Below are positions 9,091 through 19,379 of a DNA stretch of 58,565 nucleotides, in pieces. The position numbers and the translations under genes were made by a program. The notes under the pieces were generated by a model. It ran no database searches. It was not told the origin of the DNA and was given only the letters and a program-made list of their open reading frames with translations. The DNA is from a virus (taxonomy: Duplodnaviria; Caudoviricetes), in IMG/VR virus record IMGVR_UViG_3300036861_000141, positions 1-58,565 of that record. One strand, written 5' to 3'. The stretch's first letter is position 1. The number at the start of each line of letters is the position of its first letter.

Positions 9091-11223
9091 ATGGCGAAGA
9101 AGCCCAGAGGGAAATGGACACGGCCGACCGAGCCAGCGCCAGAGCCGACGTCAGTCCCATCCTCTCCGATCTCAGCGTCGATTACAGGGCCGACGTACAG
9201 CGCGGATGGGATGACCGCTACGGTTGCCCTGTCCGCTTCTCAGGTAGCCTCGTGGCGGGTTGAATGGGGTGATGGGCAGGTTCTCCCGAGCAGTGAATCA
9301 AACGCGCCTCCAGCGTCAGCCTCGCACGTCTATAGCGCCGATGGCGAGTACCTCATTCGCTTCACCGTCATGGATGCGAGCGGACTCTCTGTGGAGGCAT
9401 CCGTGAGCGCCGGCATCATCTTCGCCAACGTCAACGCGCACCCTGATACGTCTGCGTTAACTGTCAATGCCGGACCGGATCAGGAATTACAGTTGCCGGC
9501 TCAGGACGTCACGCTCTTTGGCAGCGTTAGCGGTACGTCCGTCGTGGGCCAACACGATGGCCTGTATCTCTGGACCCAGGACAGCGGCCCGGCCTCAGGG
9601 ACGTTTTCGGCCCCGTGGGATCGGCATACCAGCGTCAACCTCACCACGGCTGGTACCTATGTCTTTCGCCTGACCTGTATTGCCTACGGAACGAGCGCCG
9701 CCGATACCGTGACCGTAACGGTCTTAGCGGAATCCGCCGCCACCAAATATTACGTCGATCCCACGTACACCGGAGGATCGAACGACGGCAGCGCGGCACA
9801 TCCGTGGACGACGATTTCCTATACCACCAGTGCAGCCGCAGCAGCCGGGGCTTGGGGCACCATCAACGCCGCCCTGGCGTCGAATCACGTCGTCGTGTTC
9901 TTCAGCGCGCGGCAAGCGGGATCGGACACCGTTGAATCGACCACCAATACCGTCAATCTCTGGCGGACAGACACCTCCACGCACCAGCTGATCTTCGACG
10001 GCAAGAGCAAATACAACACCAGCGACACCTCTGGCTCGTGGACGGATTACGCCGGGTCGAATCGGCACAAACTGAATTGCGCGAGTGGTGGCGGGTCCAT
10101 CGGCGTGCAGTCGGACCAAACCGCGTTTCCCATGCACTACACCCGCATCCGTGGGTTTGAATGCACTGGGATCAATGGCCGCGTCCTTATTGGCGGCAGT
10201 CACGTCACATTGGAGCACTCCTATATCCACGGCATCAACTCGGGTACCGATGCGACCGTGCAGCTCCAGGGCGCGATCAACACCAGCAATGCGAACGTCG
10301 AATTTGGTCGCTTAACGGATATCACCTTCCGCAGTCTCACGATTGGTGACAGCGACTCGGGTGAGTATCTCTATCTCGCCGGCAGTTACACGACTGCGGC
10401 GGACTTCGATCAGGCTGGCGGCACGGCGTACATGACGTACGGCAACACCCATGACAAGATCCTCGTGGAGTATTGCGACATTTCACACGGTGCGGGGACC
10501 GGCGAACAGTTTGACGCCATCGACATCAAGGCCGGCCTCACCAACGTCACCATTCGTGGGAACACGATCAGTAATCTCGTCGCGACCACGACTGGTATTT
10601 CAGCGCTTGGCGTGTTCTGGCCTACTGGCCAGGGCTACGCGCCCACGGTCGGGAATTACCTCATCGAAAACAACCGCTTCCAGAACGGGAATGGAGCTGG
10701 CGGGATTATCCTGTCCAAGATGAGCGGATGTGTGATCCGCAATAACATCCTAAACGCGCATGGCTCGATTCAGACGAGCGGCAACGATCCGGGCACCACG
10801 GCTGGCGATTCGGTCGATTACTGGAAGAGCCGGCGGGTTCAGATTTACAACAACGTCGTTCGTACCGGCATCGTCTATATCTCCTACGCCGATCTGGTAG
10901 TCATCAAGAACAACATCATTATCGAGTCTACGAACCCGTATGGATTGGTGTCGATTGATGGCAGCACCACTAATGCGTCGAACGTGACGGAGGGTTACAA
11001 CGCGACGCACCTGGGGGTGGCGAATGTCACGAGCCTCGGTGGGTCGTTCACGGTCGCATCTCCATATACCGGGCTGTTTGTCGATCTCGCGGGTGGAGAC
11101 TTTCACTTAGGTGCCAGCAGTGTTGCGAAAGATACCGGAACCTCACTCGCGACGATGTTCGCGGTGGACTTTGCCGGCGCGACTCGATCCGGGACGTGGG
11201 ACATCGGGGCCTACGCCGCGTGA
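9091..11223 (+). CDS. PKD/Ig-like domains plus right-handed beta-helix protein (putative virion adhesin or depolymerase)
   Basis: WGDG...SHVYSADGEY (PKD); VNAGPDQ...GTYVFRLT (Ig-like); IENNRF/IRNNIL/IYNNVV beta-helix rungs; C-terminal GDFHL...DIGAY. Confidence 0.75.
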   Translation: MAKKPRGKWTRPTEPAPEPTSVPSSPISASITGPTYSADGMTATVALSASQVASWRVEWGDGQVLPSSESNAPPASASHVYSADGEYLIRFTVMDASGLSVEASVSAGIIFANVNAHPDTSALTVNAGPDQELQLPAQDVTLFGSVSGTSVVGQHDGLYLWTQDSGPASGTFSAPWDRHTSVNLTTAGTYVFRLTCIAYGTSAADTVTVTVLAESAATKYYVDPTYTGGSNDGSAAHPWTTISYTTSAAAAAGAWGTINAALASNHVVVFFSARQAGSDTVESTTNTVNLWRTDTSTHQLIFDGKSKYNTSDTSGSWTDYAGSNRHKLNCASGGGSIGVQSDQTAFPMHYTRIRGFECTGINGRVLIGGSHVTLEHSYIHGINSGTDATVQLQGAINTSNANVEFGRLTDITFRSLTIGDSDSGEYLYLAGSYTTAADFDQAGGTAYMTYGNTHDKILVEYCDISHGAGTGEQFDAIDIKAGLTNVTIRGNTISNLVATTTGISALGVFWPTGQGYAPTVGNYLIENNRFQNGNGAGGIILSKMSGCVIRNNILNAHGSIQTSGNDPGTTAGDSVDYWKSRRVQIYNNVVRTGIVYISYADLVVIKNNIIIESTNPYGLVSIDGSTTNASNVTEGYNATHLGVANVTSLGGSFTVASPYTGLFVDLAGGDFHLGASSVAKDTGTSLATMFAVDFAGATRSGTWDIGAYAA

Positions 11224-11225
11224 GA

Positions 11226-11423
11226 TTAGAGCAGGCCGGTGCCCATGAACATCTCGCCAGCGAGATAGGCGACGGTGGCGAACCCAGCCACCGCGAACCA
11301 CGTCGCCATCAGGATTTTCAGCGGGCGCGGTTCTTTGGATTGCACGGCCAGGACAAAGAGGGGTCCGATCACGGCGAGAACTGGTATCAGGCGCAGCGTC
11401 AGGAAAATGAGCCGTTCGGTCAT
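11226..11423 (-). CDS. Small two-TM membrane protein (moron)
   Basis: Two hydrophobic segments; opposite strand; TAGAGT -10-like box 9 nt before the ATG. Confidence 0.6.
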   Translation of the reverse strand: MTERLIFLTLRLIPVLAVIGPLFVLAVQSKEPRPLKILMATWFAVAGFATVAYLAGEMFMGTGLL

Positions 11424-11465
11424 GGGTCGATCACTCTATCACATGCCATGCGGGTAAATCTGTAA

Positions 11466-12167
11466 ATGGCCTACAGCCTCATTGCACACCGTGCGGACGG
11501 GTTAGGCGCGAACGGGGGTACGTCTGGAGCGATAGATACCAGCGGGGCCAACCTGATCACTTTAGCGATTGCCTCCGATGCTACGAATAACATCGTCGCG
11601 GGGGACATTTCCGACAGTAAAGGCAACACCGGCTGGACCCTGGCCGGGGCGGTGTACGAGGGGACGAACCTCGCGATCCAGATTTTTTATAAGGTGTCGC
11701 CGGTAATCGGGGCTAGTCACACTTTCACGGCAACTCGCACGGGGAGTGTCTGTTCGATGGCGGCGGCGGCATGGCTTGGGTCAGCCACGACGCCAATGGA
11801 TCTCTTTGATGGTGCCGCGGCTGATAGTGGGACGTCGCTCTCCACGCCGTCAGGGATTACGCCGAGTGAAAACAATGCACTCGTGATTTCGGCGCTTGGC
11901 ATTGGTGGATCAGGCACGATCACGGACCCGGCCGGGTTGACACGGACGGATCTCGCGGCGTTTTCAGGCGGCAACAATTACGGTGTGGTGATGGCATATG
12001 TGATCCAGACCACGGCGGCATTGGTTGATCCGAATTGGGTGAGCGACACCGACGAATCACACTCAGTCGTACTGGTGTCCTTCAAGAATGGATCGGCACC
12101 AGTGAATGGTGGAGGTGGTTCCCCCACTGACGGCAAGATCCTCATTGCTCCGGTCGGGTTCTCCTAA
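11466..12167 (+). CDS. Ser/Thr/Gly-rich beta-sandwich putative virion protein
   Basis: Pattern resembles the N-terminal domains of 13869..15971 and 39904..42744. Confidence 0.55.
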   Translation: MAYSLIAHRADGLGANGGTSGAIDTSGANLITLAIASDATNNIVAGDISDSKGNTGWTLAGAVYEGTNLAIQIFYKVSPVIGASHTFTATRTGSVCSMAAAAWLGSATTPMDLFDGAAADSGTSLSTPSGITPSENNALVISALGIGGSGTITDPAGLTRTDLAAFSGGNNYGVVMAYVIQTTAALVDPNWVSDTDESHSVVLVSFKNGSAPVNGGGGSPTDGKILIAPVGFS

Positions 12168-12739
12168 TGTCCTCTGTGATCGAACGTGAGCGCCAACTCT
12201 ATTCCGATGTCTTCACCGGGATCGATCAGTACGCCGATCACTCACCCGGTGAGCAACACGTCTCGCTGTTTCTGGAGATGGCGCGCATTACCGATCCCGA
12301 GCACTTCTCTGTGCTTGATGCGGGATGTGGATCGGGCAAGGGTGCGCTAGGCCTCCAGTCCGCAGGGTTTCAGGTACGGATGTGCGACATCACCCCTGAG
12401 GGCCTGATCGACGAGGCGCGCGATCTCCCATTCCAATCCACCTGCCTCTGGCATTCGCTGGGTCCACGAGTGGATTTTGTCTACTGCACCGACGTGCTCG
12501 AGCACATCCCGACTGAGTTCACAATGCTCGTTATCAGCCGACTACTTGAGGTGTCACGGCGCGGGGTGTTCCTAAGTATTTCGCTGATGCCGGATGTCTT
12601 TGGGTATCAGATTGGTCAGCCCTTACATCACACTGTCCGGCCCTTTTCGTGGTGGCGCGACAACATTTCAGCTATTGGGCAGATTCAAGAGTGCCGGGAT
12701 CTGTTGCATACGGGCGTGTTTTGGGTGACTGCGGCGTGA
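12167..12739 (+). CDS. Class I SAM-dependent methyltransferase
   Basis: VLDAGCGSG...DFVYCTDVLEHIP. Confidence 0.9.
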   Translation: MSSVIERERQLYSDVFTGIDQYADHSPGEQHVSLFLEMARITDPEHFSVLDAGCGSGKGALGLQSAGFQVRMCDITPEGLIDEARDLPFQSTCLWHSLGPRVDFVYCTDVLEHIPTEFTMLVISRLLEVSRRGVFLSISLMPDVFGYQIGQPLHHTVRPFSWWRDNISAIGQIQECRDLLHTGVFWVTAA

Positions 12740-12950
12740 GTGCGCTCAACGGTCAGTCGGTGTTTCAAATCGACGGCCTGCATCTGAATGAGCCGCACTT
12801 CTTGTTGCAGGAGACGAAGCCACCATGTGGATGCGATGCGCCTGTGCGCGGTGTGTGGACATTTGCCGGCTTGTTGCGCATCAGCGATACCTTGTGTCAG
12901 ACCTATTGCCGGAAGTGCGGCCTGCTCGGTGAGTTTTGGGATCCCTCGAC

Positions 12951-13868
12951 ATGCTGAACGATGCGACGCCAGTCGCTGACGAAGACCTGAAAGTCTTTGA
13001 GGGCATCTCCTTTCAAGGGCACGTGAATGTTTCTGAAGAGGGCCTGCTGGAGAATGTCCGTTCCGCGATACGTAGAGGGCATCAGCAGCTTAGGCCGTCT
13101 CAAGTCCCCAGCTATGAAGAGGTAGTGCTGATTGGTGGCGGGCCATCCCTAGAGGACACGCTCCAAGAACTCGTGGAGCTCGATCGTGCTGGCGCTAAGT
13201 TGGTCACGGTCAATGGTGCCTATCGGTGGGCGCTCGAGCACAACCTGAAACCCACCGCGCAAATCGTGATGGATGCGCGGTCGCACAATGCACGCTTTGT
13301 GACGCCGTTCAAGCCGAAGTGTCATTACATCTTAGCTTCGCAGTGCCATCCAGATACGTGGGATGCGGTGGCGGAGTATCCCGATAGCTACGATCCTAGA
13401 ACCGGCGTGCAGGATGGCGGTGTGTGGATCTTCCACGCGGTGACAGGTGGCGATCCGGCGATCAAAGCGTTGCTTGATGACTACTACCGCCAGCAATGGA
13501 TTGGCGTCGGTGGCGGTACGACGGTGATCATGCGGGCGATCGGCTTGATGTCGATGATGTGGAAGGTGCGCCGGATTCACTTGTTTGGCGTCGATAGCTG
13601 TTTCATGAACGGGAAGGGCCACGCCTACGAGCAGCCAGAGAACGAGCTGGATCGGGCGCGACCGTTTCGCATCGAGCCGACTGGTGGACATCCAGAACTG
13701 GCTCGGACGTTCATGGCTGCGCCGTGGCATGCAAAACAAGCCCACGACCTTGCGCAACTGATCCGGTTGCACGCGGATCACTTCAGGGTCCACGTGCATG
13801 GCGATGGAATGTTGGCCTACATGCTGAAGTCTGCGGCTGATGCTGCAGTCATTGAGGCGATGGGGTAA
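12951..13868 (+). CDS. Maf/DUF115 (MptE-like) glycosyltransferase-like protein
   Basis: VLIGGGPSL, VTVN, VMDAR, GGTTV, IHLFGVDS. Confidence 0.7.
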   Translation: MLNDATPVADEDLKVFEGISFQGHVNVSEEGLLENVRSAIRRGHQQLRPSQVPSYEEVVLIGGGPSLEDTLQELVELDRAGAKLVTVNGAYRWALEHNLKPTAQIVMDARSHNARFVTPFKPKCHYILASQCHPDTWDAVAEYPDSYDPRTGVQDGGVWIFHAVTGGDPAIKALLDDYYRQQWIGVGGGTTVIMRAIGLMSMMWKVRRIHLFGVDSCFMNGKGHAYEQPENELDRARPFRIEPTGGHPELARTFMAAPWHAKQAHDLAQLIRLHADHFRVHVHGDGMLAYMLKSAADAAVIEAMG

Positions 13869-15971
13869 ATGGCTGTTGCACTTCGCGGTGCGGCGGCGGT
13901 TCCAGTCGGCAATCCAACGACGGGTTTTACGGTCGCTGTGGATGCGGCGGTTGTCGCTGGCGATCTCCTGTTCCTTGCTGTCACCTCGCGTGATTCGACT
14001 GGGGCCGGCACGCTCGCCGTCACCGATAACGACACAGGTGGAAACACCTGGGCAAAGATCGCCAACTCCACCGACCATAAAGCCACGCTGTGGTACAAGC
14101 GCGCGACTTCAGGCACGGCCAGCAAGACGGTCACGGTCGCCAACGCGGTCGGCTCATGTTCTGGCGTCCTGAAAGCCTTTTCCGGCGGATCCGCAGCGAC
14201 CGTGCCGTACGCGAACGTTACCGTCGAAACAAACGCGTTGGCTGACGAATCGCACGCGAGCTTTACGCCGAGCGGGACCGACTCAATGGTCTGCGCCTCG
14301 GTCCACAACTACAACAACGACGACGCGGTTACCAGCCTCTCGTTTGCCACGCTCGGTGCGCTGACCGTCACGGAAAAGCAGTCCACGGGCGGTTCAGACT
14401 GCGCCTGCATCTTCGGACATAAGGCCCAAACAGGGGCCTCAGCGGCGACTGGTACGTTGACGTGGGCGCAAACGGACGGGACGAGTTATTCGATTACCTG
14501 GATCATTTCACCGCTGATTGAGTTGGCGTCTGGGTTAGGTTCCGCGGCGCTTACGGGTGTGGCGGCGTCCTTGGCGTTTGTCGTGGGCCTCAGCGCTGGG
14601 AGTCTGGCTCTTACCGGAGCGTCGTTCGCGCACGGTTTCCAAGCGCCGATCACTGGTGATGTCGTGCTGGCTGGAGCTGCGCCAACCGTATCGGTGGGTG
14701 CTGGCTCAGCGACGGACATTCCGATCCCGGTTGGTAATCTCACAGCATTAGGGCTTGTTCCCACGCTGGCCTATGCGCTGCCTGGGAGTGCTGGTGCGGT
14801 TACAGCGGCTGGCCAGGCGCTGATCCTCTCGTATGGCTTGCCTCAGAGCATTGGTGCCATTGTCACCGCAGGAGCTGCGCCGAGTCTGGCGTTTAGTTCC
14901 CCGTTGCCAGTCGGCGCTGTGCTCGTCAACGGCCTGGCTCCAGTAGCCTCGGTCAACACCTTCATCAACCCTGGTGTTGGTGCAGTTGTTGGTAATGGCC
15001 TCGCGCCGACACTCAGCGTCAGTCTAGTTGTTCCTGTTCCCGTTGGGGCGCTCACGGCATCAGGGCAAGGTATCAGCATCGCTTTCGGCGTTCCAATTGG
15101 TCTTGGTGCGGCCGTATTTGACGGTCTGGCGCCGTCGATCTCAGGAGCAACGGTTCTCAGCGTCCCCGTTGGGGCACTGACCGTTACTGGGTCGATCACT
15201 TCGCTGGCATTCACGGTACCGCTGGATGTTGGCGCGGTCACGAGTCAAGGCCTCGCGCCAGCGATTGCGACGAGTGTTGGTGTACCTGTTGGCACCCTCA
15301 CGATCGATGGGCTGGCTGTCTCGCTCGTTGGGTCAGGCGCTATCGCCACTCCAGCTGGCGCTGGTGCCTTCTCAGGCCTCGCCCCAACGCTGACCTATGC
15401 GATTCGCGCCGATGTCCCTGTTGGCGTGCTCACGCTGGATGGTGCGGCACCGACACTCCTTACTGGCATTCGTCGCGATCTTGGGTTAGGCACGATCACC
15501 GCAGACGGTCTTGCGCCAACGCTTCTATCGGCTGGTGGTATATCGCCCGGCGTTGGCGTAGTGGTGCTCCAGGGGCAGGCACCCTCAGTAGCTGTTGCCT
15601 ATCGGGTGCCAGTTGGCCTTGGCGCCGCGACGGTGAATGGTCTCGCGCCGATGCTCACGGTGGGGCAATACGCAAGCCTTGGCGTTGGCGTGCTGGCGCT
15701 CAATGGTTCCGCTCCAACGCTGTCAGGCGCCATCAGCATCTCACCGAGCACTGGGCAGCTCGTTCTCAACGGACATGCGCTGGCCTTAGCGTCTGGCCTT
15801 GTGCAAGTTGGCTTGGGCGTGGTGACGCTCATCGGGTATGCACCAGCCACGTTGTTCACCTCAACGCCGGTCGATACGATTCAGATCAGATGGCGATCGA
15901 CGACGGCGCAGGTGATGCCTGGATCTGGGGTGATTACAGTGAAGGCTGGAAGGGACACGGTTTTGGCGTGA
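13869..15971 (+). CDS. Repeat-rich putative fibre or decoration protein
   Basis: N-terminal beta-sandwich followed by more than 20 imperfect GxLxxxGxAPxL repeats. Confidence 0.65.
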   Translation: MAVALRGAAAVPVGNPTTGFTVAVDAAVVAGDLLFLAVTSRDSTGAGTLAVTDNDTGGNTWAKIANSTDHKATLWYKRATSGTASKTVTVANAVGSCSGVLKAFSGGSAATVPYANVTVETNALADESHASFTPSGTDSMVCASVHNYNNDDAVTSLSFATLGALTVTEKQSTGGSDCACIFGHKAQTGASAATGTLTWAQTDGTSYSITWIISPLIELASGLGSAALTGVAASLAFVVGLSAGSLALTGASFAHGFQAPITGDVVLAGAAPTVSVGAGSATDIPIPVGNLTALGLVPTLAYALPGSAGAVTAAGQALILSYGLPQSIGAIVTAGAAPSLAFSSPLPVGAVLVNGLAPVASVNTFINPGVGAVVGNGLAPTLSVSLVVPVPVGALTASGQGISIAFGVPIGLGAAVFDGLAPSISGATVLSVPVGALTVTGSITSLAFTVPLDVGAVTSQGLAPAIATSVGVPVGTLTIDGLAVSLVGSGAIATPAGAGAFSGLAPTLTYAIRADVPVGVLTLDGAAPTLLTGIRRDLGLGTITADGLAPTLLSAGGISPGVGVVVLQGQAPSVAVAYRVPVGLGAATVNGLAPMLTVGQYASLGVGVLALNGSAPTLSGAISISPSTGQLVLNGHALALASGLVQVGLGVVTLIGYAPATLFTSTPVDTIQIRWRSTTAQVMPGSGVITVKAGRDTVLA

Positions 15972-16246
15972 AGGAATATCCGAGTTGGGGTTGGTACATC
16001 CCGCTTGTCATGTATGCGGTCGGGTTTCAGTTTATGCCGGACGGCGCGATGTGGCGGCAATTCGTAGCAGGCGTGATCTTTATGGTGGCCGGACATGTCA
16101 GCGCCTATTTCGCGTTCGCTGAAAAGCGTAAGAAGATCGTCCAAGATTTAGCCGATGCCAAGGATGAACTGCGGAGCATTCGGGATCGGCAAATGAGGGA
16201 CGCGGTATATGGGACACGACCAGGCATGGGAAGAGGTGCTTGAGAC

Positions 16247-16576
16247 ATGAGCACAATTACAGCCGGTGGATTAGTTGCCCAAGATGTCAACGAGCGTGTG
16301 ACGCGGCGGTTTGACTGGTCAGATGTCTTGGCGTCTGGCGTGGATTTAGCTGACGCTGGAATGTTTATCGTGACGCCGCTCGATCTGGCCACGAGCCCGC
16401 CAACCAGTTCACTTGTGGTGGATCAGGAAGTACTTGAAGTTGGCGATCAGAGTGTGGTGTTCCAAACCAGCGGAGGCATTGCAGGAACGGACTATCGGGT
16501 CGTGCATCGGGTGACGACGAATGAAACCCCGGCGCAAATCTTGGAAGCCGATCTCTTAGTCCTCATCACGAGTTAA
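16247..16576 (+). CDS. Putative fibre-tail adaptor protein
   Basis: QD..E...RRFDWSDVL...SGG..GTDYRV..RVTT pattern, common downstream of phage fibre genes. Confidence 0.55.
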   Translation: MSTITAGGLVAQDVNERVTRRFDWSDVLASGVDLADAGMFIVTPLDLATSPPTSSLVVDQEVLEVGDQSVVFQTSGGIAGTDYRVVHRVTTNETPAQILEADLLVLITS

Positions 16577-16587
16577 AGGAGCCCATC

Positions 16588-16809
16588 ATGGCCAAAACCA
16601 ATCCCATGACGACTACGAACACCCCGTTCACGCCGACGAGGCCGCAGACACCGCCGACGCCACCGAGTGACGTGCCGACGCCGCAACCGGAGACACCGAC
16701 ACCCACTATCCCTGTCCCCACACCGTCAGCGCCGACGCCGCCGAGTCCGGCACCGACACGGCAGACGAGTGCGCGTGAAGCCGGGATTCAGATCGAAACG
16801 AGGATCTAG
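16588..16809 (+). CDS. Pro/Thr-rich low-complexity small protein
   Basis: Strong AAGGAG RBS; PT repeats. Confidence 0.55.
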   Translation: MAKTNPMTTTNTPFTPTRPQTPPTPPSDVPTPQPETPTPTIPVPTPSAPTPPSPAPTRQTSAREAGIQIETRI

Positions 16810-17522
16810 GATGGATTTCGGCGACACCGGCACATTGGGATGCGTACCTCCAGTGGCGCGATCAACAAGTCTGTGAGGGTTGCGGTAAGCGATTCAGAGA
16901 CAGACCACGCGACTCAAGTGGGAAAGCCCTAGACCTCTGGGCTACGGAGACGCTGTGCTGGACCTGTTTTGCAAAATGAGCCTCTGTATTCACATTTGCC
17001 CTACCTGCGGATTCAAGTGGGGCCATTCGAAGAAGCGGCCTTGTACGCAGCCGGAAGTAGCTGAATGTGGCGTGGATGAGTGTGCGGAGAAAGGCTTAGT
17101 TAGGCCTTAGTTAATGGCGTATCAGAGTGATTGGATACAGGACGCGGCTGAGGAGATCGTGATGATGGAATATCCATCGCCACGGCAAATCTACGAGGTG
17201 ATTGCCAAGCACTGTCCGTTCAAGCCTGACACGGCCTATCAGGAAGTTCCAGCGGCTGATGATTCTTCTGAGCCAGAAAACCCTCAGGATTATTGATGCC
17301 CATAGATCGTCCGCGCACTGTTGATGAAATAGCAGCCTTACCGATCGGTCCAGCGTTTGGACAGGTCACTATGGTTGTTAATGGAAAAACACTGAAAGCT
17401 CCAGTGATGGAGCCTGTGGATCTGTTCTGGTCAGACGATGACGACGTTCTTGGCTATACCGACAGTGATGGCGCAGCGTGGATGTTAGGGCGATATGCCA
17501 ATGGTGAATGGTTTAAGCGCCG

Positions 17523-17834
17523 ATGCCTCTAGCACCCCCACGCGTGTGTAGCACTTGTGGCCAGGCAGGCTGTACCGCTCATCTCCGTGCAGCTTGGACA
17601 CACCGAGTAGAGCCTCAGCGTATTCGAGGACGAGCCTTACAAAAGCTCAGGGACAAGCTGTTTCGGAGTCAACCGATGTGCGCGATCTGCGGGAACTCAC
17701 CTTCCACCATACGGGATCACATTGTGAACCTTGAGGCTGGAGGTTTGGATATTCCCGAAAATACTCAGGGTGTTTGTGAGCCGTGTCACCGAGAAAAAAC
17801 GGCCCGTGAGAGCGTGAGAGGCCGATCACGATGA
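17523..17834 (+). CDS. Terminase-associated HNH protein (HK97 gp74-like)
   Basis: MPLAPPRVC...PMCAIC...RDHIVNL..GG....NTQGVCEPCHREKT; lies upstream of terS. Confidence 0.85.
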   Translation: MPLAPPRVCSTCGQAGCTAHLRAAWTHRVEPQRIRGRALQKLRDKLFRSQPMCAICGNSPSTIRDHIVNLEAGGLDIPENTQGVCEPCHREKTARESVRGRSR

Positions 17835-18028
17835 CGCCTGATCGCATCACGCTCACGGTTCAACTTGGTGATGCCTCCTTCACTGCCGATGGTCCAGTAG
17901 ATGTGGTGCTCCTGATGTATGAGGACTGGCTGAACTTACTTGGTGGCTGTATCTGCGAACCAGAACCACAAGAGCCAGCCGTGCCCGCCTTTCGTGAGCA
18001 GCCGATAGGTCGAGCGTGAACAAGTAAG

Positions 18029-18295
18029 TTATGCGGTACTGAGATGTGCGTGTGACGGTAGATCCGAGACGTCTTTCCAACCCTTTCTCAAATAGGCATT
18101 TCTGAGGATGGATGGAGCGAGGAACGGGTACACCACCCACGATAAGCCAACGGTGAGCAGGGCTACTACCAAGGAGATCACGGCGTGCGACCAGACCCCA
18201 TGCACCGCAAAGTAGAGCGGTCCAAACAGGAACGTCCACAACCGAGGATGGTTTACGGTCACGGTGTGCTGATTCTGAAGGTTGGTAAATGTCAT
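18029..18295 (-). CDS. DUF2628-like membrane protein (moron)
   Basis: WTFLFGPLYFAVHGVW...YLRKGW; TAGAAT box 10 nt before the ATG. Confidence 0.6.
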   Translation of the reverse strand: MTFTNLQNQHTVTVNHPRLWTFLFGPLYFAVHGVWSHAVISLVVALLTVGLSWVVYPFLAPSILRNAYLRKGWKDVSDLPSHAHLSTA

Positions 18296-18789
18296 TGCGG
18301 CGGTCATTCTACGCGAAGTTGAGGCCAACAGGGAGAGCGATGAAGCGCGTCATTATGATTGAGATCGACGTCGACACTGTTTCTGCTACGTACCGTGCCG
18401 AGGACTGTCTACGTCGAGTGCTCGATACGCTGACCCCATATGGGTTGGCCTACCACATTCTCCCAGCCGCCAACGATCCAGGACTCAGCCCTCGTACGCA
18501 CATGCACACGGCTAACTACTACGAGGAACAGCACCGCCTGTATGTGGCTGGGCTATGACAATGAGCACACGAACTATCGTAGAAGATTGTCTCTGGGCCA
18601 GGATTGAAGACGAGGCCGATAAGTTCATCATCGCCCATCACTCCGATCTCTTTCATTTGCTAGCACTTATCTTGGCTTACTACCAAGTGCGTGGCACAAC
18701 ACCTGAACAGATGGTTGCGAGCGACGTTCTGCGCCAACGTATCGCCACTGTCATCGCTGATGCCGAACCGATAGAGAGAACCCCAGAAC

Positions 18790-18880
18790 ACACCAGGGGC
18801 GGGATTGTAATGTTTAGTGGACATACACCGGGAAACCGCTCGGCAACTCTGCACCGGTTTTCGGTCAAAACGTAACTTTT
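18790..18880. other. Probable cos/packaging-initiation region
   Basis: Directly upstream of terS; G-rich run and inverted repeat GAAACCG...CGGTTTT. Position inferred from HK97-like phages. Confidence 0.35.
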
Positions 18881-18890
18881 GGTAACACCT

Positions 18891-19379
18891 ATGGGAAATC
18901 AGAACAGTGGCAGGCGTCCACAACCGACAGCATTGACGGTGCTGCGTGGCAACCCAAGTCGTAAAAAGCTTAATGAAAATGAGGTGGTGCCACCGGCCGG
19001 AGAGATTGTAAAGCCGGCCGGGTTGAGCGTGGCTGCTGGGGTGGTCTGGGATGAGTTAGCCCCAGTTTGTCTGGCGATGGGCACCTTGACGACGGCGGAT
19101 ATCAGGGCGTTTGCCAGCCTGTGCGAACTGCAATCGACGATGCAGCAGACCTCAGCGGCGAAGGATGGCCGGGAATTGTTCAGGCTGCAACCTGAGAAGG
19201 ATGACGAGTCGCGAGTTGAGGTGGTGATCGATTCCATCCTGCGGCTCGAGCGGGAGACGGCCACTGCGCTTCGTCCGTATTACGACTATTTCGGGATGAC
19301 GCCTTCGAGTCGGGCGCGGATTCAGGTGCCGAAGAAGGCGGAAGCACCGGAGAGTAAATGGGCCGGCGCGCTCAAGTAG
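18891..19379 (+). CDS. terS: Terminase small subunit (P27 family)
   Basis: GRRPQPTAL.VLRGNP...FGMTPSSRARI. Confidence 0.9.
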   Translation: MGNQNSGRRPQPTALTVLRGNPSRKKLNENEVVPPAGEIVKPAGLSVAAGVVWDELAPVCLAMGTLTTADIRAFASLCELQSTMQQTSAAKDGRELFRLQPEKDDESRVEVVIDSILRLERETATALRPYYDYFGMTPSSRARIQVPKKAEAPESKWAGALK

